This document shows, one piece after another, positions 25,347 to 39,377 of a DNA stretch of 64,000 bases. The notes beneath the pieces are model-generated. The model did no database searches and was not told the DNA's origin. It worked only from the letters and a program-made list of their open reading frames with translations. Each line of letters opens with the position of its first letter. Positions within the stretch are counted from its first letter, which is position 1. A program made the translations under genes and the position numbers. The stretch comes from Octopus vulgaris. Lineage: Eukaryota. Location of the stretch: NCBI GenBank assembly GCA_951406725.2, contig OX597830.1, positions 18,476,001 to 18,540,000 on the forward strand, given 5' to 3'.

Positions 25347-25865
25347 TGCATTTATACATACATATATGCACGCATACTGATGTGTCTATAAATTTGGCTT
25401 TACTAACCATTTTTCAACAGGTACTGAAAGCAGGTGGCAGTTACAGTGAGCTTGTTGCTAGGGGAGGTACATGTACTCTTACTCACACACTTCTACCCTT
25501 CTACTTTATCTGGATTTATCAGCCTTCCTCACAAAATACCACCGACCCTCACTGCTACTACTATTCATTTAGCAGTAAAAGCTGTGGAACAGTTACAACA
25601 AAATCTACTATCATAGGTACTACAACTATTAGTAATACCACCAGAATTACAAATGTAAAAAGCCCTTTTGGGTACGAATGACCATGAGATTGCACCTAGA
25701 AAGTTCCCCTCTGAGGTACAAGTCTAGGTTATTTTTTGTGGAAGACTAGCAGTTGCCTAAGGATACCAGCCTCCTCTCTCCATGTCACTGATGTTAACCA
25801 AAGGAAAGGCAAAGGCTGATACAGCTTGGCACCAGTGACATTGCAACTCATTTCTACAGCTGAGT

Positions 25866-26276
25866 CCATCCCTTCCTCACCGTGGTGGGGACACTGGCAA
25901 TGGGTAGTGTCAGAGCTATGCTGTTGGGAATTTCAGTTCCTGGTAGGGCCACCCAAGGCGGATTGGTCTGACACCAAGTGGTATTAGGGCCACAACCCGG
26001 CACACGGGGTTCTGGTGAAAATCCTTGGAGTGTCTGTTTTGGCAACTGGCGGTTCCTCGGTTGTTCTGTCCCTGCATCTGCGGACAATCTGTGGCAAACA
26101 GGATGTCTCTACATGCGGGATTGTTGGGGACCGCTTGTGAAATTCATATTCCCACAAAACTTCTTCCACTGCTATGGTTCGGGATGCTTCAAGGGTGGTG
26201 GAAGAAGTCGACTCAACCTGCCCAGGGTGAATGTCGCCACAAGTACAAGTAAGTAGTAACTGGAGCAATATGAAAC
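25866..26276 (+). mobile_element. GC-rich non-autonomous retroelement (RTE 5'-UTR-like start, (AAGT)n tail) inserted into an older SINE (~25670-26300)
   Basis: Host sequence catttctacagctgagt|aactggagcaa is split; insert starts cccttcctcaccgtggtgggg...ggtagggccaccc and ends caagtacaagtaagtagt. Confidence 0.5.
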
Positions 26277-27079
26277 TAAAGTGTCTTGCTCAAGAACACA
26301 ACCTTGTGATGCTCTATGCGCCTTCAAAAATACCATTAAGAAAACCATCACTTACAAGCTGTGTTTGTTATTGTTTTTAGCCCCAAGTTAGCCTTGGCCT
26401 AGTAGATCTATAATCAAAGGACATTAAAGTCATGACCATCCTGCCTGTTTTTATTTTCTTTGGCAATAATGTACCCAAGACTACAATATCAACTGTGTAT
26501 TTGTTTTAGACATGAGAAGGATTTTTAAGGGTTGTTCGGATTGCTATTTCTAACATATCTAATTGCCAAGAATGTACTTTATACAGATATATTATTTAAG
26601 CTCCTAGTGACAGGGTATTAATAAATAATGCCTTTGAGAGCATTTAAAGAGGATGCTTCATTGCTGATGAACTAGTTCCAAGTACAGGATTGAAACAAAT
26701 CCACTAGATCCCCTTTTTTACTCTCCCCAAAGATACTGCATAGAAAAACAAGGTTTTTACCCATCTAATATAGTGTTGGCTAAAATCTATAGATATATTC
26801 TGCCTTAATGGACTTAATTGGTCAAAGCAATCCCACTTATTTTTTTAAAGTTTGGTACTTATTCTATCAATCTCTTTGCTGAACTGCTAAGTTACTGGAT
26901 AGTAAACATACCAATATTGGATGCCTAATAGTGCTGAGAAAGACAAACACAAAAATACACACTCAGACACACACATGTATGTGTCATATAAAGACATATA
27001 CACATACATACACTGCTTTTGTCAACTCTTAGTCATTTATAATTATCGTTATCATTATTAATATTATCATCATCAATGT

Positions 27080-27505
27080 AGTAAGCTGGAAAAATCGTTT
27101 GCACACTGGACTGAATTAAACGCTTAATTAGCATTTCTTGCAACTCTTCATGTTCTGAGTTCAAATTCCACTGAGGTCAACTTTGCTTTCCATCATTTTG
27201 GGACCAGTAAAATAGGTACTAGTAGAGCACTGGAGTTGATATAATTGACTAAGTCCTACCCACAAACTTCAGACCTTGTGCCTACAGTAGAATCTTGCTT
27301 AGCATTTTGCCCCCATTAGCACACCAGGCAAAATGCTTAGCAGCATTTCATCTGTCTTTATGTTTTGAGTTCAATTTCCACTGAAGCTGACTTTGCTTTC
27401 ATCCTTCCAGGGTTGTTGAAATAAAATGAGCACCAGAAAGTACTGGGGTCAATGTAATTGGTTACCCTCTCCCCTGAAATCGCTGGCCTTGTGACAACAT
27501 TTGAA
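27080..27505 (+). mobile_element. Two diverged SINE family B copies
   Basis: gagttcaa.ttccactga...actttgctttc..tc core present twice. Confidence 0.7.
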
Positions 27506-27539
27506 ACCTTTATTATAACTATTATATGCTATATTAATT

Positions 27540-28500
27540 AGCAGGGATGTTCTCTTGAGTTTTGGTGACAACAAGTCTCCTCAAATCTCAAGAATCATTT
27601 TTAGGATTCTAGCAGAATAAAGAATTAGACTTTTTTGCAGGTTGATAATACAAGTCTCAATTCCAATTACTCTTCAGTCCCTTAGGCAGCAGTTTCGTTA
27701 GTGCACCAATTACCACAAGAATAACTGTCATCTACACTCTCTTCATCTCGTTACTTTCTGATATCTCTTAATTTTTTTTCAATTTTTGTCATATATTACG
27801 AAACCATAATCTTATATGGTTTCTTGCACTGCTTCAACAGGGCAGTCAGTCTTTATGGAGAAGTCTCATAAAATCCTAATTCAATTCTTATTCTCCCTCA
27901 CAGCTTCTGATTCATGTTCACACCACTTTTCTGTTACATCCCACTGCACGCTTTCGCCTACGCTAATGCTCTTTTCTCTGTTAGCTTACTGCATTCACCC
28001 AAGAGATGCTTAATATTTCTGTCTCCTTCCCTGCAGATTCTTCATTTACTCTCTGACCAAGTTTTATTAATCTTTGCCTTTATCAGATTCTTCCTAATGG
28101 CTTGTTCCTGAGCGGCTATAATTAGCACTTTGGTTTCTCATTTCAGGTTTCCGTCAGCCACAACCAGCATTCTTTACTTTCCAGCATCCTTGGTTTCTTG
28201 CATGAAGTGGCCATGTAATTTTATTTCATCTATTCGGTCGACTGTTTTTGAATTCTCCTACTGTTTCAATAAATTTTTGGACATTTCTTGGCGCCAATAG
28301 AATTCTTTTCCCACTACATACAACATAATTTTTCAGCCCCAATATCACAGTATTATTAATATCTCCTGCATTTAACAATCCTCTTTCTCCTTCCGTTCTT
28401 GACAGGTAGAACTTGTCAGAATTACTTTTTTTGAGTTATGTGCACAGTGCATTGTAAGCAGCTTCCTAGTTCCACTTAAGTTCCATAGCTCAATTTTTAT
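27540..28500 (-). mobile_element. Decayed R4/Dong LINE 3' portion
   Basis: Minus-strand pieces KLHGHF, LIIAAQEQAIRKNLIKAKI, RICREG..HLLGEC (CCHC relic), WCEHESE, VVIGAL. Confidence 0.7.
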
Positions 28501-28532
28501 CCATTTTAGTAAGGGGATTATCATTCTTCTTA

Positions 28533-28815
28533 TTTTTCGTTTTTGGATTTGGTTTGCAAGATTCTTTATGTGAGTTTGTGTGTTGAAGCATATTCTGTTG
28601 TGTCTGGGGAGAGTAATTTTCTTTTTATGCCTTATAATTTAACCCACTCACCGGTAAAATTTCCACTTATTTCTAATTTTTATTTTCCTAAAATTTTCGT
28701 TGCATCTTGCAACCTTTTCAATAGTCTTGACTGTCCGTTATTTACATTGTGTTCCTTTTTGTTTTCATTATAAGGCACAAAAAGAAAATGATTCTCCCAA
28801 GACACAACAGAATTC
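28533..28815. mobile_element. Foldback element family (possibly Penelope-derived), copy 1
   Basis: Same sequence as 53335-53615 and 58705-59000; 28765-28813 is an inverted copy of 28590-28637. Confidence 0.7.
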
Positions 28816-28877
28816 TTCTTATTATTCATCTAAATGAGAATTCAATTGTCAGACTAAACAGCATGTGGTTTTTTTTT

Positions 28878-29340
28878 CCGGCTAACTGGCTCCGTGCCAG
28901 TAGCACTTAAAGGGCACCATTTGAACGTGATCATTACCGGCGTTGCCTTACTGGCACTTGTGCCCGTGCTAGTAGGGTGCCAAGAGCACCATCCGAGCAA
29001 GATCGTTGCCAGAGCAGCCAACTGGCATCCGTGCCAGTGGCACGTAAAAGGGCACCATTCAAGTGTGATCGTTACCAACGTCACCTTACTGGCACCTGTG
29101 CTGGTGGCATGTGTAAAAGGATTTGAGCGCAGCCGTTGCCAGTACCACCTGTGGCATGTAAAAAGCACCCACTACACTCTCGGAGTGGTTGGCATTAGGA
29201 AGGGCATCCAGCTGTAGAAACTCTACCAAATCAAGATTGGAGCCTGGTGCAGCCATCTGGTTCGCAAGCCCTCAGTCAAAATCGTCCAACCCATGCTAGC
29301 ATGGAAAGCAGACGTTAAACGATGATGATGATGATGATGC
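28878..29340 (+). mobile_element. RTE 3' UTR fragment with an internal subrepeat array; SINE B follows at ~29338-29545
   Basis: Repeated gtgccagtggcac..aaaa.gcacc units, then the family tail and (gat)n. Confidence 0.8.
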
Positions 29341-30399
29341 AGTGAGCTGGCAGAATTGTTAGCATGTCAGGTGAAATGCTTAGCGGCATTTTGTCTGTCT
29401 TTATGTTCTGAGTTCAAATTCCACCAGGGTCAACTTTGCCTTTCCTCCTTTCGGGATCAATAAAATACGAACAAATTGAACATTTGGGTTTATGTAACCA
29501 GCATCTCCTTCCCTTGAAATTTATGGCCTTGTGTCAAAATTCAAAATCATTATTATAATTATTATATATTTATTTATTTAACTCCCATTGTGTGAAGATA
29601 TTTTGCTTCTCCAGATGCCAAATACAAGTCACTAAAACTACTGATGGTTTCTAATTGACCCCAAGAGAATTATTTTGTTTGCTTTTTTTCTTTTTTAGAT
29701 GAGGTTTAAAACTAAAAATGTATTGTAGTTTGATATAGTTGACTGAATAGGACTCAGTATATTACTGGTACTTATTTTAACAATTCTGAGTAGATGAAAA
29801 GTAAAGTCAGTTTTGAGTTAAACTCAGAATGTACAGGAATGTAGCTTAACAATCTAAAGAATTTAGTTCAACACTCTACCACCTTTTCTCCCACAAACTA
29901 AATCCCCTTGTATAGAATGCCTGCCCTGAAGCACCTAGTTAAAAATGTCATCAAAAACCCATTTATTTATGCAGACTGGCCTTGAAAAGAAAATGCAATC
30001 TTAAACCCTATCAATTCTTTCCTAACAAGATGTTTCATAATGAATGCATGCACGCATACACACACACACACATACACACTCACACACACGCGCAAGTTTT
30101 GCACTGAATTTGTTTATAAACCAACACATGACACACAGTTTGGTATGTATATGTAGGTATAAACCAATGTACATAGACATACACACACATATGTAGATAT
30201 ACACATACATAGGCCTCTCCACATGGCTAATTACACAGAAAACTTCAGAACCATGTATATATTAAATCAAGTTTGCATATATTACTCAATATATCATATA
30301 TATGAAAAAGTGCATACATGAATATAAGAATATGCCCTTATAACTATGTATACAATATACACAAAATACGTATATCTATATCCTCAAAAACATAACAGA

Positions 30400-30597
30400 A
30401 TATATACCAATTTATATTTATATATATGCATATAGACTATATATATGTATGTGTGTATGTATGTATGTATGTATGCATGCATGCATGTATGTATGCATGT
30501 ATATATATATATATATATATAATATCCACATATATATATATTTATATATATGTACATAGATATATGCACATATATATATACACACACACACATACAC

Positions 30598-30634
<37 letters not shown>

Positions 30635-30654
30635 CATACATATATGTATATGTG

Positions 30655-30686
<32 letters not shown>

Positions 30687-30788
30687 AACTGACGGAGTCC
30701 GTGATGACCCATGCAGACCATGCCTGCAAAGAAAGGCAACCATAAAATGATGATGATATATATAATATATACATACATCTAGTAATAT

Positions 30789-30840
<52 letters not shown>

Positions 30841-31382
30841 CATAAGTAAGCCTGTATATCCAGATACATATATATATAAGAAACTTTCTTTAAATATGTG
30901 TGTGTGTGTATGCATGCATAGCATTATATAAGTAATACACACACACATACAAGAACACATAAACACATATAATGAAGGCATACACACACGTCATATACAT
31001 ACAGTTATCATGTACAATGAAGTTGACAATCTTAAGAAAATACACATTTTCAGAGACACACACAAAAAAAACAAACCCATATACACAAATACATGTGCAC
31101 ACATTCCTTTTCGCTATTAATTAATTTCGCTAGTTTAACAGATTAGTTTTCACTAGATATTCTTTGTTAATGAGTTTAAATGCTTATAAAACTAATTTCA
31201 TGTAATATAGTTGAGAACTGAATAAAATTTTAGCCTTCACCTCTTTCTGTATTAAACGTGTACACTTGTATTTATATATCTGTACATATATGTACATTCA
31301 CATACAGACACACATATGTACACATGCAGACACACACATATATATAATTGCACATATATGTATATGTATACACACACACATG

Positions 31383-31437
<55 letters not shown>

Positions 31438-31526
31438 ATATACACACACTCATATGCATATATATATATATACATGCACATATGCATATATATATGTACA
31501 TACTTGCATATGCATACACACACATG

Positions 31527-31566
<40 letters not shown>

Positions 31567-31570
31567 TATA
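30400..31570. repeat. Compound (TA)n/(CA)n/(TATG)n microsatellite field
   Basis: Seen directly; source of many spurious ORFs. Confidence 0.95.
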
Positions 31571-31575
31571 ATATA

Positions 31576-32843
31576 CAGTATCTCACAGAAGTATCATCAC
31601 CTAAAAAATTTCAGTAAAATTGCCATAACTCTGATATTATTGAAGGAAATCAAACGAAATTTATACTGAATAAAATATATTATACATGCAAACTTTATAT
31701 GAATTTGAAACGCAAAACAATAAACATTTTCAAAGATATGGACAGAATATTAATTTTCAAGCGATGCAAAAATATGTACACCTTAAATGATTATTTGCTA
31801 TATTCAATATTTGGTGTGACTACCCTTGCTTTCAATGATTGCATTAAGTCTTCTGGGCATAGAGTTGACTAAATTTCCGCATATAACCGATGAAATCAAC
31901 CTCCATTCATCCTAAATGATGTTTTTAATCTGGGTTACATTGCAGTGTTTTTTCTTCTCAACCTTCCTTTTCAAAACACCCAACAGATTTTCTGTTGGGT
32001 TTAAATCAGATAATACGGTATGTCAAGGCAGTACCTTTACCTTTTTATCTGATAAAAACTTAGTCAACATCTTTGAAGTGTGTTTAGGGTCATTACCATG
32101 TTGGAGCATGGAATGTCTTCCTAGTTCCTTGATGCTTTTCAACACTGGTTTTTAGCAATATGTGAGAAGAGGTTTCCTACGAAGAATGTATCTATGAAGA
32201 CCACACTGGTTCAAACATCAGTTAACTGTTTGGGTGGATACATTCTTTCCACTAACAGAAGACACTTCTTGGGCCAAAGACGAAGCGGTACAACACCTGT
32301 CATCCATCACACAACATTGGATGTGGCGAATATTACACGCAGTTAAAATAGGACGACCTGGATGATGTTTATTGCTCAGCTGTCCAGTAGCTTTGTACTT
32401 CTGAATTACTTGGGCAACTCTCTTTACGTTAATATGTATTCGTTTGCTAATTAACTTGTATCCTAAACGATTCTTGTGCAAATTAAAAATAATTTTCTTC
32501 AAATCTTCAGACAATTCTTTTCCTTTTGGTGCCATTTTAATCACAATGAAGAAGATTTTCACCACGGTACACAAATCAGAATTCCTGCAGATGCAATAAC
32601 AATGACCGGTGCAAAAATGCCAGGAGAAATAATTTATTAGAATTGAAATTATCAGCAATATCTGAATTTAGTAAAAAAAGTGGATAAAATATTGAATATA
32701 GCAAATTTCCTTTAGGACGTACTTACTTTTTTAATGTTTGAAATTTAATATTTTGTTCATATCTTTGAAAATGTTTATTGTTTTATGTTCCAAATTTGTA
32801 TAATGATATCAGAGTAATGGCAGGTTTACTGAAATTTTTTAGG
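31576..32843 (-). mobile_element. Internally deleted Tc1-like element with long (~200-bp) TIRs
   Basis: TA-CAGT terminus; 31600-31790 is inverted relative to 32710-32843; the right tip is replaced by a SINE A tail. Confidence 0.85.
31804..32535 (-). pseudogene. Tc1 transposase remnant
   Basis: MAPKGKELSEDLK..GYKLISK..PGRP..RRKPLL, then LQHGNDPKHTSK, SDLNPTENL and SMPRRLNAIIESKGSHTKY*. Confidence 0.88.
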
Positions 32844-32902
32844 GGTCAGTTTGTTCAACTAAAGGTGGTGCTCCAGCATGAAACCAGTAAGAGAATAAAA
32901 GA

Positions 32903-32946
<44 letters not shown>

Positions 32947-33531
32947 AGTCACCTCCCTCAATATCACTTCCCCTCTCAGTTGAGGTGTCTCTCTCTTGCA
33001 AGTTATTTGTGACCTTGCTGATACCATATAAACAGCACCCAGTACACATTGTAAATGGGTTGGCATTAGGAAGGGCATCAAGCCATAGAAAACATGCCAA
33101 AACAGATAGCAGGACTTACTGCAGTCTCCTGTTTGCCAGCTCCTGTCAAACTGTCCAACCCATGCCAGCATAGGAGAATATTTGATGATGGTGGTGGTGT
33201 TGGATGCTATGTTACTTGTTTTTTTTTCCCCCCATAAGCATGTCCACAAGTGGTAGATGCACTGAATTAAAAAAAAAGTGGCTAAAACTGTTGTTGAAAA
33301 GATGAGGAATAATCTTGCTGCCTTCTACCAAGTCAACTGCCAGACATCAGAACTTAGTGTGTTGACGCCCAGAGAAGCAGGACATTCACAAAAATTGGCA
33401 GGAAGCTGACAAAGAGCATTCATCTGGTTGTATGTCTCTGGACAGCTTTCAGTAGATTGATATTCTGGATGAGATGGGGTTCCAGACTCTAGGATTCAAA
33501 CTGGAGATGCAAAAGTGTGGAAGCATCACAG

Positions 33532-33567
<36 letters not shown>

Positions 33568-33649
33568 AAATAGGGTAATAATAAATTATTCTTACCAGTG
33601 GCCTAGCACAAAAAACGAATTAGTCATTAGACTATATATTATTCATATA

Positions 33650-33776
33650 GAAATACAATAAGAGGCTTCCAAATAGGAAAGCATTGTGCTAGAACACAAA
33701 GAAGGATAAATTCACGAAAGGAACGAAAATTAAAAACATTTACCATCTCAATTATTTCCCAGACCGAAATAGTTAA

Positions 33777-33810
<34 letters not shown>

Positions 33811-34495
33811 TGTGTACAGTGCTCAGGTGCACTACAACTCAACTAAAGTGTATATATAATCAGGTGTAGTTTCGGCGGATTTCGGAAAGCATGAGGGCCT
33901 TAAAGGATGCAGTGTCATGGCAGTCAACAACTGACGCAGGCAGTTTATTCCATGTTTCAGCAACTCTGAGTGTGAAAAAATGTTTCCGAAAGTCATGGGA
34001 GCTGTGTTGTTTTCTGACTTTGTAGGCATGTCCACGTGTGTTAGACACATGGAGATCAAAAAGGTGTTCAGTGTTGTTGTTGGTGAGGTGGTTGATAACC
34101 TTGTGGGTGTTTACCAAGTCTGTCGCCAGACGCCGGAGCTTCAGTGAATCCATGCCCAGGGAAACAAGGCGCTCAGAATATGGTAGGTGTCTGATGGAGG
34201 GTATGCGTTTGGTTGCACGTCTCTGGACAGATTCCAGGAGGTCAATGTTCTGAGCAAGATAGGGATTCCAAACTGATGATGCGAATTCCAAGTGTGGTCG
34301 TACCATAGCTGTATACAGTTTTAAATAGATGGCTGGAGAGCGGCTAACAAAAGTCTTGCTGAGTGATGCCAAGACACCCTCGGCCTTCTTGACAATTTTA
34401 GAGGGTAAATGTTTTTAATTTTCATTCCTTTCGTGAATTTATCCTTTTTTGTGTTCTAGCCCAACGCTTTCCTATTTGGAAGCCTCCTATTGTAT
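33650..34495. repeat. ~95-bp inverted repeat arms (33650-33749 and 34400-34495) flanked by (TA)n
   Basis: caataagaggcttccaaataggaaagc...aaaaacatttacc is the reverse complement of the right arm. Confidence 0.85.
33780..34398 (-). mobile_element. 5'-truncated CR1/L2-type LINE with an open C-terminal ORF (33860-34372)
   Basis: LYTAMVRPHLEFASSVWNPY..LESVQRRATK..TRGH..FFTLRVAETWNKLP; (TTA)n tail. Confidence 0.9.
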
Positions 34496-34842
34496 ATATA
34501 AATATATATATAGCTTTAAATAGATAACTGGTGAAGGGCTGACAAAGTTTTCCTGGATGATGCTAAGAAACCTTCAGCCTTTTCATAATGAGGCATACAT
34601 TCGTTTTCAAGATATAAACAGATTTCCTCCTGGTGGTCTGATATTAATGTAGGTGAGGGTGCCACGTAAAAAACACCCAGTACGTTCTTCTGTAGAGTTG
34701 TCAGTGTTAGGAAAGGCATCTAGCCATAGTAACCAAACCAAAACAGACTATGGAACTTGGTGTGGCCCCCTGGCCTCGCCAGTTCCCCTCAAGCTGTCCA
34801 GCCCATACCAGCATAGAAAACAGGTGGTGGCGGCGGCGGCGA

Positions 34843-35162
34843 ATCATCATCATCATCATCATCATTGTTTAACGTCCGTTTTCCATGCTAGCATGGGTTG
34901 GACGGTTCAACTGGGGTCTGGGAAGCCAGGAGGCTGCGCCACGCCCAGTCTGATCTGGCAATGTTTCTACAGCTGGATGCCCTTCCTAACGCCAACCACT
35001 CCATGAGTATAGTGGGTGCTGTTTATGTGCCACCTGCACAGGTGCCAGACGAGGCTGGCAAACGGCCACGATTGGATGGTGCTTTTTACGTGCCACCGGC
35101 ATGGGGGCCAGACGAGGCTGGCAACGGCCACAATCGGATGGTGCTTTTTACGTGCCACCGGC
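34843..35162 (-). mobile_element. RTE-derived 3'-end fragment
   Basis: (cat)n, then tttaacgtccgttttccatgctagcatggg...; three subrepeat units. Confidence 0.82.
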
Positions 35163-36110
35163 AGATTTTACTATGTGCTTGTTCACCATCTCCAGTATTT
35201 GAATGTTCCTAAACACCTCAGCGATCCTAGTCACTGACTTTGTACTCGTTTTATTCATCCTTTATATGAATTTCGATTTTGATCTGCAATGTTCCAGCAT
35301 GCCACTTCTCCAGGATAACTGGTTTTGTTTGGGGTGACAGTTAAGTCACTAACAACCCCCAACCATGTAACAGCTTGTACTGGATTACATGCTATCAGTA
35401 GTAACCTCACACATACACACATACAACATAGATTATATAAGGAATATTATGATTATGTGAGGTTTGTAATTCACAGCTGGAGATGAATGAAGTGATATGT
35501 TTCCCCAAATACTTACATCCTAACTGATTTGAGAGATTAACAGTTGCTGTGCAGTGAGCAATATTGTGTGGTATGCTAAAGTGGCAAATTGCAGTTTATT
35601 TCTCAGCATGTGTGAGCAAATGCACATGCATATGCATGTATGTATGTGTGTAAATATATATGTGTGTATATATGTGAGAGAAGAGAGAGAAGTTTACAAG
35701 GGTTGAGTACAACAATCAATATTAAGTTAAAGCAACAACACTACTGACAGTGGAATTTAGGAATATCGAAACTATTGCAATATTTCATCGCCTTGTTGAT
35801 GTTATTGTTGATAATGATGATGATAATAATGATGATGATGAGGAGGAGGATATTCAATTGAAGTATGGCAATGTTTAAAATAATAGAATGCCACATGGTA
35901 TTATACACTTATGCGTTCAAATCCCACTGAAGCTATCATTGACTTCTTTTTTTTTTCCAGGATTAAGTAAAATAAATTACCAGTCAAAAGCTGCAATTAT
36001 AATTGACCCCCTTTCTCTCTCTCCCTTTCTCATATGAGGCTGTAAATCTATGTTAGAAATCAAGATCAAGTATGTTCAAAAACACTGCATTAAATGGAAC
36101 CAAAGTATAT

Positions 36111-36278
36111 GAGCAGGAGTGGCTGTGTGGTAAGTAGATTGCTTACCAACCACATGGTTCCAGGTTCAGTCCCACTGCGTGGCACCTCGGGCAAGTGTCT
36201 TCTACTATAGCCTTGGGCTGACCAAAGCCTTGTGATTGGATTTGGTAGATGGAAACTGAAATAAGTTCGTCGTATATA

Positions 36279-36365
<87 letters not shown>

Positions 36366-36533
36366 TTGTGTGTTTGTGTTTGTTCCCCTAACATTGCTTC
36401 ACAACTGATGCTGGTGTATTTCCGTCCCCGTAATTTAGCGGTTTGGCAAAAGAGACCAATAGAATAAGTACTAGGCTTACAAAGAATAAGTCCTGGGGTT
36501 GATTTGCTCGACTAAACGCGGTGCTCCAGCATG
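36111..36533 (+). mobile_element. SINE family A
   Basis: Family blocks with internal (TA)n(TG)n. Confidence 0.88.
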
Positions 36534-37215
36534 GAAGTCAAGCCACTAATTAATACAATTTGAACACTGTGATGTTCTTATCATACTAAGCTGCACTTCA
36601 CACATCACAACAAAACATGAACTCTGTATGGGCTTTCCAGTTTGCTAGAAATAGTAGCCTAAGTCCTTCTCAAATCACATGCTCCAGCGTTTTTAAAAGC
36701 CTTATAATACTCATATGAGATATATGAAATATCTCTGCAATGTCTCATGCCATGTGGCCTGCATTATTTTTGATTAGTGTTTTGATTTGGCCATTATCAA
36801 TGACAATAGAAATGCCACAGTGTTTGCAGTTTTCCAGATCAAATTTCCACTTCTAAACTAAGCAAGCTATCTATGAACAGTCCTCTCAGCTATGGCACCA
36901 TCTCCATAAACTGCTCATGTCTTTTTTTACAGTTTTTTACCAGGTTTTTTCACCTTTCCAGAAATAAAAGAGTATCAAGTAAAGAAATGTACCTTGTTTC
37001 CCTCTGTTTCCCTTTTAACATAAAATAATAAACAATTCACACAGTAACTTTACAGAAAGACATGATGAAATGTCACCTTCCAGAAAATATGTCATAAGCA
37101 TCTGTCATGTGAGAAATGAAAATTACATGTTCAGTCAACACCAACTAAAAACCAGTATGAACTTTTGTTCCATACTGTGTGTGTGTGTGTGTGTGTGTGT
37201 ATTTATATACATATA

Positions 37216-37605
37216 GGCATAGGAGTGGCTGTGTGGTAAGTAGCTTGCTAAACAACCACATGGTTCCCTGTTCAGTCTCACTACATGGCACCTTGGGCAA
37301 GTGTCTTCTACTATAGCCTCGGGCCGGCCAAAGCCTTGTGAGTGGATTTGGTAGATGGAAACTGAAAGAAGCCCGTCGTATATATGTATATATATATATA
37401 TGTGTGTGTGTGTGTTTGTCCCCCCCCCCCCCAACATCACTTGACAACCGATGCTGGCTTGTTTACTTAGCGGTTCGGCAAAAGAGATCGATAGAATAAG
37501 TACTAGGATTACAAAGAGTAAGTCCTGGGGTTGATTTGCTCAACTAAAGGCGGTGCTCAAGCATGGCCACAGTCAAATGACTGAAACAAGTAAAAGAGTA
37601 AAGAG
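37216..37605 (+). mobile_element. SINE family A
   Basis: Full-length copy. Confidence 0.9.
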
Positions 37606-37911
37606 TATATAAACAGTATTTTTTTAGTTTCTGACTACCAGATCCACTAACAAGGCTTTGGTCAATCTAAGGGTATAGTAGGAGACACTTGTCACACTGC
37701 AGGGTTGAACCTGAGATGACTTTGTTGGGAACAAAGCTTCTTTAGCACACACCCACATCTGCACCTTTACTGTAGCTATAAATATTTTAAGTATATAAAC
37801 ATCAAATATGTACTTAATAATTCATAAAATATTGCAGTTTGAACATTTTAATATTTATCTACTAAAATTGTTTACAAACAACAGCAAATAATAAATAGTA
37901 AACAATGAAAT

Positions 37912-38203
37912 GTAGAGCCGCAGTGGCCCAGTGGTTAGGGCAGTGGACTTGCAGTCGGAGGATCGTGGTTTCGATTCCCAGACGGGGCGTTGTGTGTGTT
38001 TATTGAACGAAAACGCCCAAAAGCTCCACGAGGCTCCGGCAGGGGGGGGGGGCTATTGTACTCTTTCGCTACGACTTTCTCTTACTCTCTCTTCCTGTTT
38101 CTTGAGTAACGCTGCGATGGACTGGAGTCCCGTCCAGCTGGGGGGAACACATACGCCACAGAAACCGGGCCCATGAGTCTGGCTAGGCTTGAAAAGGTCA
38201 ATG
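37912..38203 (+). mobile_element. SINE family C (clear tRNA-derived head)
   Basis: A box tggcccagtgg, B box gtttcgattcc; 12-bp TSD aaacaatgaaat. Confidence 0.88.
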
Positions 38204-38224
38204 AAACAATGAAATAAATAATAA

Positions 38225-38378
38225 ACAGGTGTAGCTGTGTGGTAAGAAGCTAGCTTCCAACCACACAGTCCTGGGTTCAGTCCCACTGCATTGCATCTTG
38301 GGCAAATGTCTTCTACTATAGCCTCAACCCAACCAAAGCCTTGTGAGTGGATTTGGTAGATGGAAACTGAAAGAAGCC

Positions 38379-38421
<43 letters not shown>

Positions 38422-38635
38422 TTTGTTTGTGTATGCTTGTCCACCTGCCATTACTTGAAAACCAATACTGGTGTGTTTGTGTCTCTATAACTTAATGGTT
38501 CGGCAAAAGGGACCGATAGAATAAGTACAAGGCTTACAAAGACTAAGTCCTGGGGTCGATTTATTTGACTAGAACCGTTTAAGGTTGTGCTCCAGCATGG
38601 CCACAGTCAAGTGACTGAAACAAGTAAAAGAAAAG
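38225..38635 (+). mobile_element. SINE family A
   Basis: Family blocks. Confidence 0.85.
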
Positions 38636-39377
38636 TACCTCATATTTTGTGAATTCTTTGCAACAAAAATACTATGGTCTGACGAATAAGTTCTGAGTGC
38701 AAGATAAATTTTCTCTTTTTTTTTAATTATGTAAAGATCTCTGAAGCTCTAAGAGGTTTGTTGCTGTTGTTTTTGAACTCCAGATCAGACATTCCGTCTA
38801 TTTCTCTATCTCGAAAAAGATAAGTATAAAGGCAAGAATGTCTTTGATCACAGACTTCCTCTATCAACATTGACCTGGCCCCTAAACCCCCAACTATCAT
38901 TCAATGTCTCAGTTCAGGACTGAACATCATAAAACCAGCATTAAAACCATTATAAGAATGTCTTGAAGTCTACAGCTTTATGGAAAATGGATGCTAAATG
39001 ATAATAATGATGGTGTATATATAAACATATATATATATACTAGTTTCATAAACTGGTTTCATAAACTACAAAATATAAATATCCACACTATCACACATGA
39101 AACATACCTGTTATAACTCTTTATCTTGATTTGAATGTACGTGAAGGTATTTAGAATGCCCTAACTTATTTCTGTAACTGTGCTAAGCACTGATGCTGCT
39201 CATAGTTCAATCAACAAGTGTAGGAGCAAGGTAAATGCAGTAAAAATTGGAGTAGGGTTAGTGGGGCCCCATTTAAGTGGCCCTTCAGAAATTGAACCTC
39301 TTTACGATACTCCCTGGGAGTTCATGGTATGAAATTTATTGTCATTGCTCTGATTTGGTCGCCGATGCCATGTATTT

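Noticed and set aside
28878-29170. Repeat-spacer pattern resembling a CRISPR array
   Set aside because: The intervening sequences are homologous to each other, the array lies in an RTE 3' UTR, and there are no cas genes in this eukaryotic DNA.
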